A stretch of DNA of 63,667 bases, filler included, from Octopus bimaculoides (taxonomy: Eukaryota), in NCBI RefSeq assembly GCF_001194135.2. It is 10 parts of 10 records of this genome, joined end to end, with 100 filler letters (N's around TTAATTAATTAA, not from the genome) between each part and the next. Parts side by side here need not be neighbours in the genome. Positions count along the whole stretch, not along the records: positions 1 to 20,431 come from NC_068987.1; 9 more parts are not named here. The stretch is one strand, 5' to 3'. A program made the position numbers and the translations under genes. How positions within the stretch are numbered: the stretch's first letter is position 1; the number at the start of each line of letters is the position of its first letter. The notes beneath the pieces are model-generated. The model searched no databases, had not been told where the DNA came from, and saw only the letters and a program-made list of their open reading frames with translations. Positions 1 to 12,270 of this stretch are shown one piece after another.

Positions 1-34
<34 letters not shown>

Positions 35-67
35 CATCATACAATCGACTAGAGTATCGGATGCTGT

Positions 68-99
<32 letters not shown>

Positions 100-1122
100 T
101 ATGCATAGACACACGCACGCACACACACACATGTATAAGTATATGTATATATGTGTGTGTTTATGTGTGTATGTACATATACTTATATGCATGTATGCAT
201 GTATGTATGTACAGAGATATTTGAAATTTCAGTTTTAATTCTTACAAAAGTATTTCAAAATGTGACCGTCCGCATTATTCTAAACATCGATGTCACACAT
301 TAACCGTAGCCTACTTTGGTACGTTTCTTGAATATTGAAACATCAGGGTCTTGGTAGGGAAATGAGACAAGACCAAATGTTACAACCTAATAAAAGGAAT
401 TTCATTTATTTTCTCTCTATGTTTATCATATTAGGGTGCAGATTCTTCAATGTCCATAATGTCCCAGTCACTTTCGGAAAACCTTTTTGCCAAAAAACTA
501 TCGTCGAGAATTTTTTTTAACTGATTTTATTCCCCTTCCCACACACCTCATTCTTTCTCCTCTCATATGCATAAATATATACATACGTGTGTATACATGG
601 GAGTGTGTATACATACACAAATACAAAACACACACACTCACACATATATGCATGTATGCATATATGTGCATATCTATCTATGTATATAATATTTTGTATA
701 TGTTTGCTTTAGATTTCCTTATTTATTTTTATTTATTTTACAGAAAAAAAAAGACAAAACGTTGAGGAAATTTTTTATACCAGTTTTAGGTTTTTTGTCC
801 CCTTCTTTCATTTATTTTCTTTGTTAGTTTGTTTGATTTCTTTCTCTGTAAGGACAGAGAGATAATCAAATATACACACTCATAAAAATATAATAAACAT
901 TGCCACGCTAACAACAATATAAAAATATAAATACAAGCCAAACAAAAAGAAAAGAAGAAAAGAAAATGTGATGAATCCAGGCGACAGGCTAGTTGTTAAA
1001 GCAAATTCTGTGTCGCATCCCTTATAATAAAGTTGTATTTTGCTGCGGGAATAACTCGTTGGATAAACAAGTCAGTTGCTTTATGTTAAGTTCTTAGTTT
1101 AAGTGTGAGAAAATAAAATTAC

Positions 1123-1231
1123 CATCCTCTAGCTTTTGGCCAAAATATTTCGCCTAAGAGACTCGTTTTATAAGACAGACAACAGGACAAATATTCAATC
1201 AGAGTAAAGCTTCGATTTTCTTGAATAGAAT
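1123..1231 (-). CDS. Candidate internal exon, unknown protein: (D)SIQENRSFTLIEYLSCCLSYKTSLLGEIFWPKARG(W)
   Basis: Acceptor cttttctttattacgttttag, donor ATG|gtaatt, 109 nt, only one of three frames open (phase 1 to 2). No homology recognised. Confidence 0.35.
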
Positions 1232-1520
1232 CTAAAACGTAATAAAGAAAAGCTAAGTCTTGCCTGGGGCAGTAGCGAATTGGTTTTCGCAAATAGTCAC
1301 CCAACGTTCTTCTTTATTGAGAGGATGATTTTTCTCAGAGACTGCAACGTATATACTAATGTCATCTCCGCTTCTTTAAACATGATAGTTACCAATTTCT
1401 CAGATTTGTTTATACGTACATACATACATACATACATGCTTACATGTATGTATATAATATATATATACATATATACAAACATACATACATACATATATGC
1501 ATACATACATACATACATAT

Positions 1521-1552
<32 letters not shown>

Positions 1553-2326
1553 NNNNNNNNNNNNNNNNNNNNNNNNNNNNNNNNNNNNNNNNNNNNNNNN
1601 NNNNNNNNNNNNNNNNNNNNNNNNNNNNNNNNNNNNNNNNNNNNNNNNNNNNNNNNNNNNNNNNNNNNNNNNNNNNNNNNNNNNNNNNNNNNNNNNNNNN
1701 NNNNNNNNNNNNNNNNNNNNNNNNNNNNNNNNNNNNNNNNNNNNNNNNNNNNNNNNNNNNNNNNNNNNNNNNNNNNNNNNNNNNNNNNNNNNNNNNNNNN
1801 NNNNNNNNNNNNNNNNNNNNNNNNNNNNNNNNNNNNNNNNNNNNNNNNNNNNNNNNNNNNNNNNNNNNNNNNNNNNNNNNNNNNNNNNNNNNNNNNNNNN
1901 NNNNNNNNNNNNNNNNNNNNNNNNNNNNNNNNNNNNNNNNNNNNNNNNNNNNNNNNNNNNNNNNNNNNNNNNNNNNNNNNNNNNNNNNNNNNNNNNNNNN
2001 NNNNNNNNNNNNNNNNNNNNNNNNNNNNNNNNNNNNNNNNNNNNNNNNNNNNNNNNNNNNNNNNNNNNNNNNNNNNNNNNNNNNNNNNNNNNNNNNNNNN
2101 NNNNNNNNNNNNNNNNNNNNNNNNNNNNNNNNNNNNNNNNNNNNNNNNNNNNNNNNNNNNNNNNNNNNNNNNNNNNNNNNNNNNNNNNNNNNNNNNNNNN
2201 NNNNNNNNNNNNNNNNNNNNNNNNNNNNNNNNTATATATATATATTAATCATGCTGGAGCACTGTCATCAATTCTTGTCTTCTTTTACATCTGGGTTTTT
2301 TAATTTGGCTGGTTATTTATTTATTG

Positions 2327-2343
2327 GTCATCATCATCATCAA

Positions 2344-2421
<78 letters not shown>

Positions 2422-2440
2422 CATTATTGTTGTTGTTATC

Positions 2441-2515
<75 letters not shown>
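2327..2515. repeat. Compound (CAT)n/(TAT)n microsatellite
   Basis: Direct reading; explains the poly-H/Y/I ORFs. Confidence 0.95.
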
Positions 2516-3302
2516 TTATTTGTGCGTTGGTGTTTTAATTGTTATGTTGTTTGAGACACGTTATGCCGTTCTTGATTGTCTAAATAATAGTTTTGTTGAT
2601 AGTTAATTCTTGTAATGTTTGCCTCAATATTTGTCTTGTTGGTTGTCAATGATTGTAACCATATATCTGAAGTTGATGTATCAATGAACTGCTGGAGGCT
2701 TCCTTATTCTGATTGTAGCCGGCGGGAGTTTACTGATCAGAGACAGGAGAGAAAAAGAAAGAGGAAGAGAGAAAGAGAGAGAAAAATCTATAAAATAGTT
2801 TTTTTTTTGAATTTTTTTGAATTTTTAAAAATATCTTTGACAAGTGCTATTGTCAGGATTTTTTTAATTCATTTCAGTAAACAGTTAAATAGCTGTTAAA
2901 TAGTTGAATATACTTCTACATAGGAAGTGCTATTGTAATATAAAGTCGTTCGCGTAGTTAGTCGAATATTGAGCATTTTATGAAACCTACAGAATATTTC
3001 AGGAACATCGACCGTTAATGAAAAAAAAAAAAAGATCTGGTAGCATTTCGCTCACTAATGAATCTTATTCAATTCTTTCTTGCTTGTTCTAGGGAGCTCT
3101 GTTGATCACGAGTTATGCGTCAAGTGAGCTAAGTTTGCGATCTTGTTTCGGTTTCTAGTAGCAGATATTTACCTCCACGGATATCACAAATATCATCGAG
3201 CAAGATATTGTTGAATCATAATTTTCCCCCAGCACTTTCATAGGATCGTTTTCGTGATTCTAGTCGTTGTTCCATTCATCCTTACACTATCGATCGATTA
3301 AA

Positions 3303-3634
3303 GTAAAGATCCCCTACGGTCATGAATGGTCATGGGATTGCACCTAGAAAGTTTCCCTCCGAGGAACAAGTCCGGGAAAAGCTGGTTATAGAAGACCAGC
3401 AGTCGCCCATGCATGGCCTCCTCTCTCCACGCCACCAGTGTTATCCAAGGGAGAAGCAAAGGCCGATACAGCTAGGCACCTGTGACATCGCAACTCATTT
3501 CTACAGCTGAGTGAACTGGAGCAACGTGAAATAAAGTGTCTTGCTCCAGAATACAACACACAACTCGGTCCAAGATTCGAACTCTCTACCCCATGATTGT
3601 GAGTTCGATGCTTTAACCACTGAGCATTGCACCT
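3303..3634 (-). mobile_element. tRNA-derived SINE, family C (CORE-like central domain)
   Basis: Minus strand begins gctcagtggttaaagc...gagttcgaatc (A/B boxes), then gagcaagacactttatttcacgttgctccagttcactcagctgtagaaatg, resembling the CORE domain. Homologous to 20866-21148. Confidence 0.8.
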
Positions 3635-5768
3635 TTATCAGATCAATTAAATGCCCTGAAAGTAACTGGGTTCATAAAGATGACTATTAACACCCAACCC
3701 AAGTTACGGGTCTTGACACCTATTTTAGAACCTATTATTTGTTGTTTTTGGCAAATATTATATAGAGTAAGAGGAGCACTGAAATGTTCGATTGTGTGAG
3801 GAACGGAGAGTGATTTAGTCACAGACGTCTAAAGAAACCAAGTTATAATTTCGTAACCGGTTGTAACAGAGCGCTCTTCTAGGATGTATCGCAAAACCTT
3901 GACATTTTTTGTAGAGACCGGAAAAGGAGATTACCCAGGGCTCATAACTTTCTCAAGGTCGCTAGAAGCTGAAATGATACTATCAATGTTTGACAGGCTT
4001 GAGATAAAGAAGTGATTTGCTGTATCATCACGTGGTCGATGTTATAATTCAAACTATTTTGTGTCCACGTCACCGGTTTATTGACGCTAGCAGCAGCTCA
4101 CCTGCCCAGCATCGTATGATTTTGTTATTAGTCAGTAGATGATTCTTTCGTCGAGACAACACGTCACCATGCCAATTCTTATAACTTCACTAGAAAACAG
4201 AGGAAAGTTTGGCTTCAGCTGTTCTGCACTCCCAAAGGGCTATCTGTTTTCGATCCAGGAAGGCGCATTTCATATTTGTAACTAATCTCTATTATGTAGA
4301 AACTAATCCTCTTTCTACCATCTGAGGATCCTCTGGTATAGTAGTAGTTATTACATTTAAGTGCAGGGTAGATGGCTGTATTGAAGAGTATTGGTATGTT
4401 CTGAATGAGTAAACTCCGATGACATTGGTTCGATTCTTCCTTGTGTCATTTTACTTCATCTTCTCCTTCATATCACGAGTTACGAGCCATTTTGTTTTCT
4501 TTCTTGATAATTTTCAATAACCTGAAAAGGGTTAAACTCCGATGAAGACTTCGAAAGTGATCCAATTTGAAACACAGAATTTTCAATTCAGTGTTTCAAA
4601 CCTTGCTTTCACTCGCAAGACCAGAATTGAACTCAGAACTCAATGACAGAATTCTAAATAATGTTCACCATCTAATCCGCCAAGTATATATCAATATGGA
4701 TTTATTCTTTAAAAACAGAGCCAATTATCGAAAGAAGGAGAGGTGTGAAGAACAACTGATTGACAAATGTATATGACATGTACTTTATTTCACGAATCCT
4801 GTCCTGAAAGATTGACAGGTAAAAATCGATATAAAGCCCGAACGGAGGCGACTGAAACTCAATAACGTTAAGCCTTTAATCTGGATGTCTAAAGTTTCTG
4901 CCATTCAACAACTTTCAATATATGTCAATAGCATTAACAGCATTTTGTTTTTCTATTAGTTCTGTTGGTTACTTTAGTTCCTCTATCACGGCACTACATT
5001 CGATTAAAATTACTTGTAGAAAAGAGATCAACAACATTACTGAATATACATGTACCATCTTGAAAATGGAGGTACATATTGAATAATGTAGTCCTCGATA
5101 TGCAATGACCAAGTATTGGAAGAACAGATCATAGCTAGTTTTTACCTAGGACAAACAAAGCAAAACAATATTACAGAAGAACAGTTGTTGTACACAGAGA
5201 TGTTAATTTCTTAATTATACATGCAAATACACACAGATGTACAAATACACAACATAATACACACACGCATACACATACACACACACATGCACATACACAC
5301 ATATATATAATTGCTTTTAGTGAAAGGGACACATTAGGTCTGTCTCATGACTCGAGTTTCACGCCACTGGTTTCATGGTTAGATGACGTTTTTCTATCAG
5401 TTTTATTGGTTGTTTATATAATTTTTTGTGATGTAGTATATTTCTTACAATTCTAAGTGGGAGAGAGCGTAATTAAACTATCGATTTATTTAGGCTTCGT
5501 TGGTGTGTTGGTATTGGGGTATGTTGATGATGGGCTGTGTTTTGTGTGTGCGTGCGCATATGTATGAGGTGGTGAATAAATGTTGTTTTCGAGAAAGCTT
5601 GTTTAAGAATTGTTTATTTCAAAATTATTTAAGGATATATCTATTACGTATAATCATAGCATGAAGGCCATAGATAATCTTTAATGAATAGTACTCGTGA
5701 GGAGCGAAAATATAAAAGACTCTAATGTATAATTTCCCAAAGAGGTCTTCGATAGAACCATCACTTAC

Positions 5769-5840
5769 TCCAATGGCGATGTTGAGGTCAGTGATTTTAA
5801 AAATGATATCATAGAGTAATGATTGACTGTAGCTGTCCCG
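5769..5840 (-). CDS. Candidate 72-nt internal exon (phase 0: RDSYSQSLLYDIIFKITDLNIAIG)
   Basis: Acceptor aatttgtttttatgatag, consensus donor GGA|gtaagt, in-frame stops just upstream of the acceptor. A second (phase 2) frame is also open. Confidence 0.4.
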
Positions 5841-6823
5841 CTATCATAAAAACAAATTATCAGAAATTCCCAACCCAATTATTGAAGCTATAAGTTCATG
5901 TAAGAATGATACGGCATGCCTGTTGAGTGGATCATGAAGCAGAGATCAAACCTGTGTATTGGAGTCTGTACAACAACCTAAATTCAATACTTCGGAGGAC
6001 GCTTCACGATAAAATTCTACCCGCGTCATAAAACTGAGTATATCATTTCATGGAAGCTAGCCGATAAATCCAAATGATAAATAAATGCTACTCAAAGATG
6101 CATGTTCTGCATTGCAGAAAAATGCATGATTTTAAGAAGCTTGCGGAAGCCAGAATTGTTCCATAATATTAAGAGAGCAATATTCAACCCTTGCGTATAC
6201 GAAAGAGAATTCATACTTAGATATGAACAGACTCCCATAAACTCACTTTCAACCAGGGAAATGTTTTTTTTTTCTACCTCTACGTTTCTAGTTACGTTCC
6301 GAAAATATTTTTCTACATATTTTTCAGCATTTATTTTCTCGGATATTTGTATACATACACACATAAATGCGCGTACACACACACATTCACACACACGCGT
6401 GCACACATACACACACACATATGGATATACATATACAAGTGTATATACACAGGCACAAGAAATATCAGGTTACGGAATTCCACACGTGCAGCAATTGTAA
6501 AGAATGGCCAGTTATATTGGGATAGAGCTTGTAATTCTACCTTTACGTTGTTCTTGCTTAGATATAAAACGGTGCTTAAAATGGAACGGCTTTATTTATG
6601 CGGTTTGGTCCAATGTGTAGATTCGATGGTCCTTCAAGCGAAAACCAAATGTTTACGTGAGGATTTTCAAAATGTGGAAGGTGCAACTTGTATTTCGACA
6701 CACATTTGTATACACCCAGATACCATTTTTTTCATATAACGCATATATTGACTTATGCCCACAATATTGTTTTGTATGATATTCAATGTCTCAAGTGTCA
6801 CCCTATTTTTAAGACTATATGTA

Positions 6824-7012
6824 CGAGCTGGCAGAAACGTTAGCATGCAGGGTGAAATGCTTAGCGGTATTTCGTCTGTCTTTACTTTCTGAGTTCAAAT
6901 TCCACCAAGTTCGACTTTGCCTTTCATCCTTTCAGGGTCGATAAATTAAGTACCAGTTACGACTGGCCTCTCTTCCAAAAATTTGGGGCTTGTACCTAAA
7001 GTAGAAAAGTAT
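6824..7012 (+). mobile_element. tRNA-derived SINE, family A (Meta-like domain)
   Basis: gagctggcagaaacgttagc...gagttcaaattcc...gcctttcatcctttcagggtcgataaattaagtaccag; more than 10 homologous copies in the window. Confidence 0.85.
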
Positions 7013-7244
7013 TTGTGCGTGTTTATATAAACTGTTATTCCCTATCAACCAACCAACACTCTCTGCAATAATAATCTTTGTTTTGTCTTTTTTTTGTCTT
7101 TTCTGCACTCATTTTCTTACGCGTAAAGCTTTGTTCGAAAACGTTCAAAAGCTCCATCATTGAAAGAATAGTTGGAATGAGCTGATACAAAAGCTACTAC
7201 TCATAATCCTGAGGATCGGAAGAAAATTATTCCTCACCCAGGAT

Positions 7245-7475
7245 GGTGGTGTCCCCCCCGCCATCGCTTGACAACCGATGCCGGTGTGTTTACGTCTCCG
7301 TAACTTAGTGGTTCGGCCTAAGAGTCCGATAGAATAAGTAGAAGTCCTGGACGTATTTTTTAAGCCTCGTATTTATTCTATCGACTACTTTGCCGAAACG
7401 CTAAGTTACGAGGACATAAACACAACAAAACTGGTTATCAAGCGGTGGTGGTGGGGACAAACACTAACACGAGCT
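7245..7475. mobile_element. Two SINE family B fragments in inverted orientation
   Basis: 7250-7340 (cgcttgacaaccgatgccggtgtgtttacg...gatagaataagta) and its diverged reverse complement at about 7365-7465. Confidence 0.75.
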
Positions 7476-7729
7476 CACACCCACAAACACACGCACGCAC
7501 ACGCACACACACACACATGCATAATGCATAAACGCTTAATAACTTTAAAATATCTAATTATTGAAGTGGAAAAATTATCAGAAAGGCCATTTCTACTCAA
7601 TTTTTCAAATATGTGCGTGTATATAATATTATATTTTATTATATTATGTTATATCATTTATACATATGTAAACACACACACACATATATATATGTATGTA
7701 TGCATGTACATATACTTGTATACATACAA

Positions 7730-7764
<35 letters not shown>

Positions 7765-7927
7765 NNNNNNNNNNNNNNNNNNNNNNNNNNNNNNNNNNNN
7801 NNNNNNNNNNNNNNNNNNNNNNNNNNNNNNNATATACATACATATATACAAATATATACAAATATATATATATATATATGCGTGTGTATATATATAAAAT
7901 TATATACACATAAACGTATAAATATAC

Positions 7928-7973
<46 letters not shown>

Positions 7974-8120
7974 CACACACACACACACACATATATTTTC
8001 GGACTCGAGTCGAATAGAACAGAGCACTCCAATTCCTTATTAGTGTATCCGCATGAATATAGTCAGATCTTGCCAGCTTGTACTGCTATGTTGTTGTATA
8101 ATGTACATATAATAGTCAAG

Positions 8121-8315
8121 CTAAAGGAACAAGGCCTGAATTTTGTGGAGAGGGGGACAGTTGCTAACGTCGACCGCAGTACTCAACTGGTACTTAATTT
8201 ATTGACTCCAAAAGGATGAAAGTCTAAGTCGACCTCGGCAGAATTTGAACACAGAATGTAGCGACGGGCGAAATAGCGCTAAGCACCTCGTCCAGCGTGC
8301 TAGCGATCCTGCCAG
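8121..8315 (-). mobile_element. SINE family A
   Basis: Reverse-complement match to the family A head and domain. Confidence 0.8.
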
Positions 8316-9049
8316 ATAATAATAAAGTCAATGCCAGCATTGATATATTGGATACATTTAATACGTAAGTTTCGGATCATTGCGCATTAGATAAAAAGAA
8401 ATTCCCCCTTTACACAAGATCTTCCTCAGTTAAGACATTTCATACGCACAACACCGAATTCCCGGAAACTGATTTTCCTGAAACTCTTATAACCAACACT
8501 AATTTACGAGTAGGAACCTCAGATTCCCGCGACTGCCAGACTAGTTTATTGATAGCTTTCACTTGTTAGTATTTTTGCATAGTACTGTATTTATCATCAT
8601 GAGCATCCAATGTTTTAAATCCAAGTTTTGTCCCAGTTAACGGAGATGGTCGGATCTAACACAACACCATAGCAACCGAGGTAGGCAGGTGAAGCCCACC
8701 CCAACCTTTTAGCTGGCTGGCTGGCTGGCTGGCTGGCTGGTGCTCATTCTCCTTTGCTATAATGAGACATTCTTGTAGCTGTATTTTCTAGGGGGAGCAT
8801 GCCCTTGCTTATCCCAACCTCAGTTTCTAGACATGAGTGGTCCTGAGACCAAAGCCTCTACCTGAATTTTTAAGAAATGTGGTGGAACACTAGCTCAGGG
8901 ACGCTACTCCCGAGACCCCTTTCGGATCCCCCCCTACATAACAGTATTATTAAACTTAAATCCGTTATACTAATGATACCGGTGTATTATCTTATTATTA
9001 TATAAATTTAATATAGTTTCATTTAGTATGTGTTATCCAAACCAACCAT

Positions 9050-9260
9050 CCCAGGTTCGAAAAAATCAGTAAACCAGAAAGGTAATGCAGTTCTATATTT
9101 AAGAGATCAGGAAGTATGTACATTATTTACATTATTTACATTATTTACATTTGACCTGATGAAGGCTGGAGGGTGTATCTGCCGAAACGTTGTGTTAACA
9201 ACAAACAAGAGGAGGACAAATATCCGTCAAATGTAAATAATGTAAATAATGAACCCAGAA
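9050..9260 (+). mobile_element. Rearranged Penelope-like terminal-repeat (pLTR-like) fragment with hammerhead core
   Basis: ctgatgaaggctggagggtgtatctgccgaaacgttgtgtt at 9156-9196, flanked by a perfect 26-bp inverted repeat (9130-9155 / 9226-9251). Homologous to the tails at 36889-37020 and 52680-52787. Confidence 0.7.
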
Positions 9261-10899
9261 AGGTTTCGGAAAATCGATTTTGTATCAGCATATAAAGCCT
9301 TTCTTTTTTCTTTTTTTTTTTTGATGGGGGGTGTGGAATAAAGATTAAGAGAGTTGATCAGAAGACGTTTGCTGTCGGTGTGCAAGCTGTAGCCAGATAA
9401 ATTCTGACTTGTTTGATGTTGAAAGACCAGAAACCCTCGATGAAGAGAACACACATCACTAATTATGTTTCCCACTTATATCCAGAACTATCTTTTACAT
9501 AACCTTTCTTTCTTGTTGATAAAGCATTCCTACATATTCTTTGATATTCTTTTATTCTTTTATTCGTTTCAGCCATGCAGCTGCGGTCATGCTGGAGCAC
9601 CACTGATATACTCCGATCCCCCCACCTTAACCCCATATCTCCCTCCCTCATCTCTTACGTTTTCGCATTCGCACGCATTCATTTCCCGTACCCAATGCAC
9701 TACATCTCTCTCTCTCTCCCTTTCTTTATCTCTTCCTACACCCCCACACACACATACACACACACACACACGAGACACAGAGACACACATACCGACACAC
9801 ATACAAACACACAATACACACATATACACACATACACACACTCATACACACTCATACACACATACACACACATACACACACTCATATACACTCATACACA
9901 CATACACACTCATACAGACGCATACACACATATACACACATAAAGACACTCATACCCACTCATACCCACTCATACACACATACACACATACACACACATA
10001 CACTCTCTTACACACACACACACACACGCACGCACTCACAGAAGGACACATTAATCCATTGATTTCCTATTTCCACATTCCTCCATCGTTATTTCCTTAT
10101 TCCCTGCCTTCTTTTTTTTTCATACACACCTATACATACACAAACAAATCAATGTTCTCGCATCACAGGGATTTTCTTAAATATCTCTCTCCCACACGCA
10201 TACTTTAAACACACACACGCACACACACACACGCACCTGTGTCTCACAGGCATGCGCTCATGTATGTATAGAAAGAAGCACACTCTCGACAGGTGCACAT
10301 ATACATACACCTACAAGCATAAACATACATGCCCCTCTGTAAAGGCCTGCCTCCTCCATTTATCGTACAGATATACAAGCATGTGAATCCTACAACAATT
10401 CTTCTCTCTCTCTCTCTTCTTATCTATCTATCTATCTATCTATCTAGCTATCTATCTATTTGTCCCTCTCTGTTACCACCATGTTCATATCTGCTATCCT
10501 TCTCAGTCTCATACAACCATAGCCATAAACACGATCGAAAAACGCACACACATACACATACACATAACGGTGACCGTCATTCTTTATCCGCCTGCTTTCA
10601 CATATTCTCTTTCTCTCTATATATAGCCCTCTACTTTCTCTCTCTCTCTCACTTTCTCCCTTTCTCTCCTCCCTCTCTCTCAGTACACGCGCGTGCACAC
10701 GCATATGTGCGTACATACATGCACACTGAACATTCTCTCACACACTGACGTCTCTCAGATCAACGGCATTCGTTCTTTTATCTGTTATCCTCGTCTACCA
10801 CATCTGGTCTCTTTCAGACACACTCATACATTCATACATACACCCACTTACACGTACACATTACACGGTCACTGACACTGTAGTACATTATTAGCCAGC

Positions 10900-10931
<32 letters not shown>

Positions 10932-11429
10932 CTCTCTCTGTCTTTCTATCTCTTACCTCTTCTGTCATATCTTACCTCATAGAATCATGTGTATGTGTGT
11001 GTATGTATGTATGCACAAACATACATACATACACAGGCATACATATACGTGCACAAATATAGTTACATAGGCTTAGATATGTAGGAATAGACGCATGTAA
11101 AAAAATATATAGCAACATAAATGTGCGTGTGCGTTTGTATATGTATATTGATAATCAGATTTTTCACTCTGTTGTAGCTTAGATCTGTGTTCACATGCAT
11201 TCGATCATTCCATACTGGATGAAATGAACTGAGTGAAGGGGATGAATTTTTTTTTTATTTGCATTTGAAGAACACCTGTTAGTCAAATTCTCATTGGTCA
11301 AGGCCTGCTAGTTGCTTGTTTTAGTTACAGCTAACACAACTACTGCTAACTGTGTCTTCTAGGAGCTAAAGATGTAAGGGAAAGCACTCACATCTGAAGT
11401 AATTTAAAAAGGGCTATTTATAGTATATT

Positions 11430-11664
11430 TATTTCTTTATTGCCCACAAGGGGCTAAACGTAGAGGGGACAAACAAGGACAGAGAAAGATATTCAGTCCA
11501 TTATATCGACCCCAGTGCATAACTGGTACTTATTTAATCGATCCTGAAAGGATGGAAGGCAAAATCGACCTCGGCGGAATTTGAACTCAGAACGTAGCGT
11601 CAGACGAAATACCGCTAGGCGTTTCGCCCGACGTGCTAACGACTCTGCCAGCTCGCCGCCTTAG
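11430..11664 (-). mobile_element. Full-length SINE family A with 15-bp target-site duplication
   Basis: tatttatagtatatt at 11415-11429 and 11665-11679 flanks a complete copy. Confidence 0.9.
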
Positions 11665-11777
11665 TATTTATAGTATATTAATTAGCTAATATCTGGTAGT
11701 TGCACAGAATGAATTGTTTCCGAAAGCGGTAAATTGGCAATGGCCCCAAATCCCGCTTCAGTGAAATCACTGGCTGA

Positions 11778-11973
11778 TTAACCCTTTTAGTATTCAGATT
11801 ACTCTCTCAAATGTAATGGTTATTTAATCATATCGTTTTGAATTAGCCTATGATCTTGTAGCTGATTGATTATTTTTCGAATGACGTGGTTAGATGTGAG
11901 GGACAAGATTTGGCCAGGTTGAACATAAAACAGATTTGGGCCTAATATGGCCAGTTTAAATGCTAAAAGGTTA
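11778..11973. mobile_element. MITE, piggyBac-like ends
   Basis: ttaa-ccctttt(ag)tatt ... aatgctaaaagg-tta: imperfect terminal inverted repeats with TTAA-like flanks. Confidence 0.5.
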
Positions 11974-11984
11974 TTGATCTAGAC

Positions 11985-12270
11985 AAGTGGTTCTCAACCA
12001 GGGTCCATTTGACCTTTGGGGGTCCATGTGGCCCTTAAGAGTCCATATAGCCCTTGGGGGTCAATATAAGATTTTCTTGTTAAAATTGATGCAATAAATT
12101 GGTCGTATTTCTACAATACAGAAAATATTTAAACATTTTTATACAAGTTCTGATAATATTATATCGTAATAATATAGAAGTTTTTAGGCATTAAATGGCG
12201 AGGAGAGTCCCACACCCTGACGAAAATAGGAATCAAAGGGGTCTAGAGGCATAAAATGGATGAGAACCAG
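11985..12270. mobile_element. MITE, hAT/Charlie-like ends
   Basis: aagtggttctcaacc ... ggatgagaacca, similar to the CAGTGGTTCTCAACC terminal repeat. Confidence 0.55.

Noticed and set aside
1280-2554. Long ORFs in the supplied track (YI/HT/CV/poly-N/poly-Y types, here and throughout)
   Set aside because: They are translations of microsatellites and N runs.
4567-4776. 69-aa plus-strand ORF with protein-like composition
   Set aside because: No ATG start, no recognised motif and no clear splice signals.
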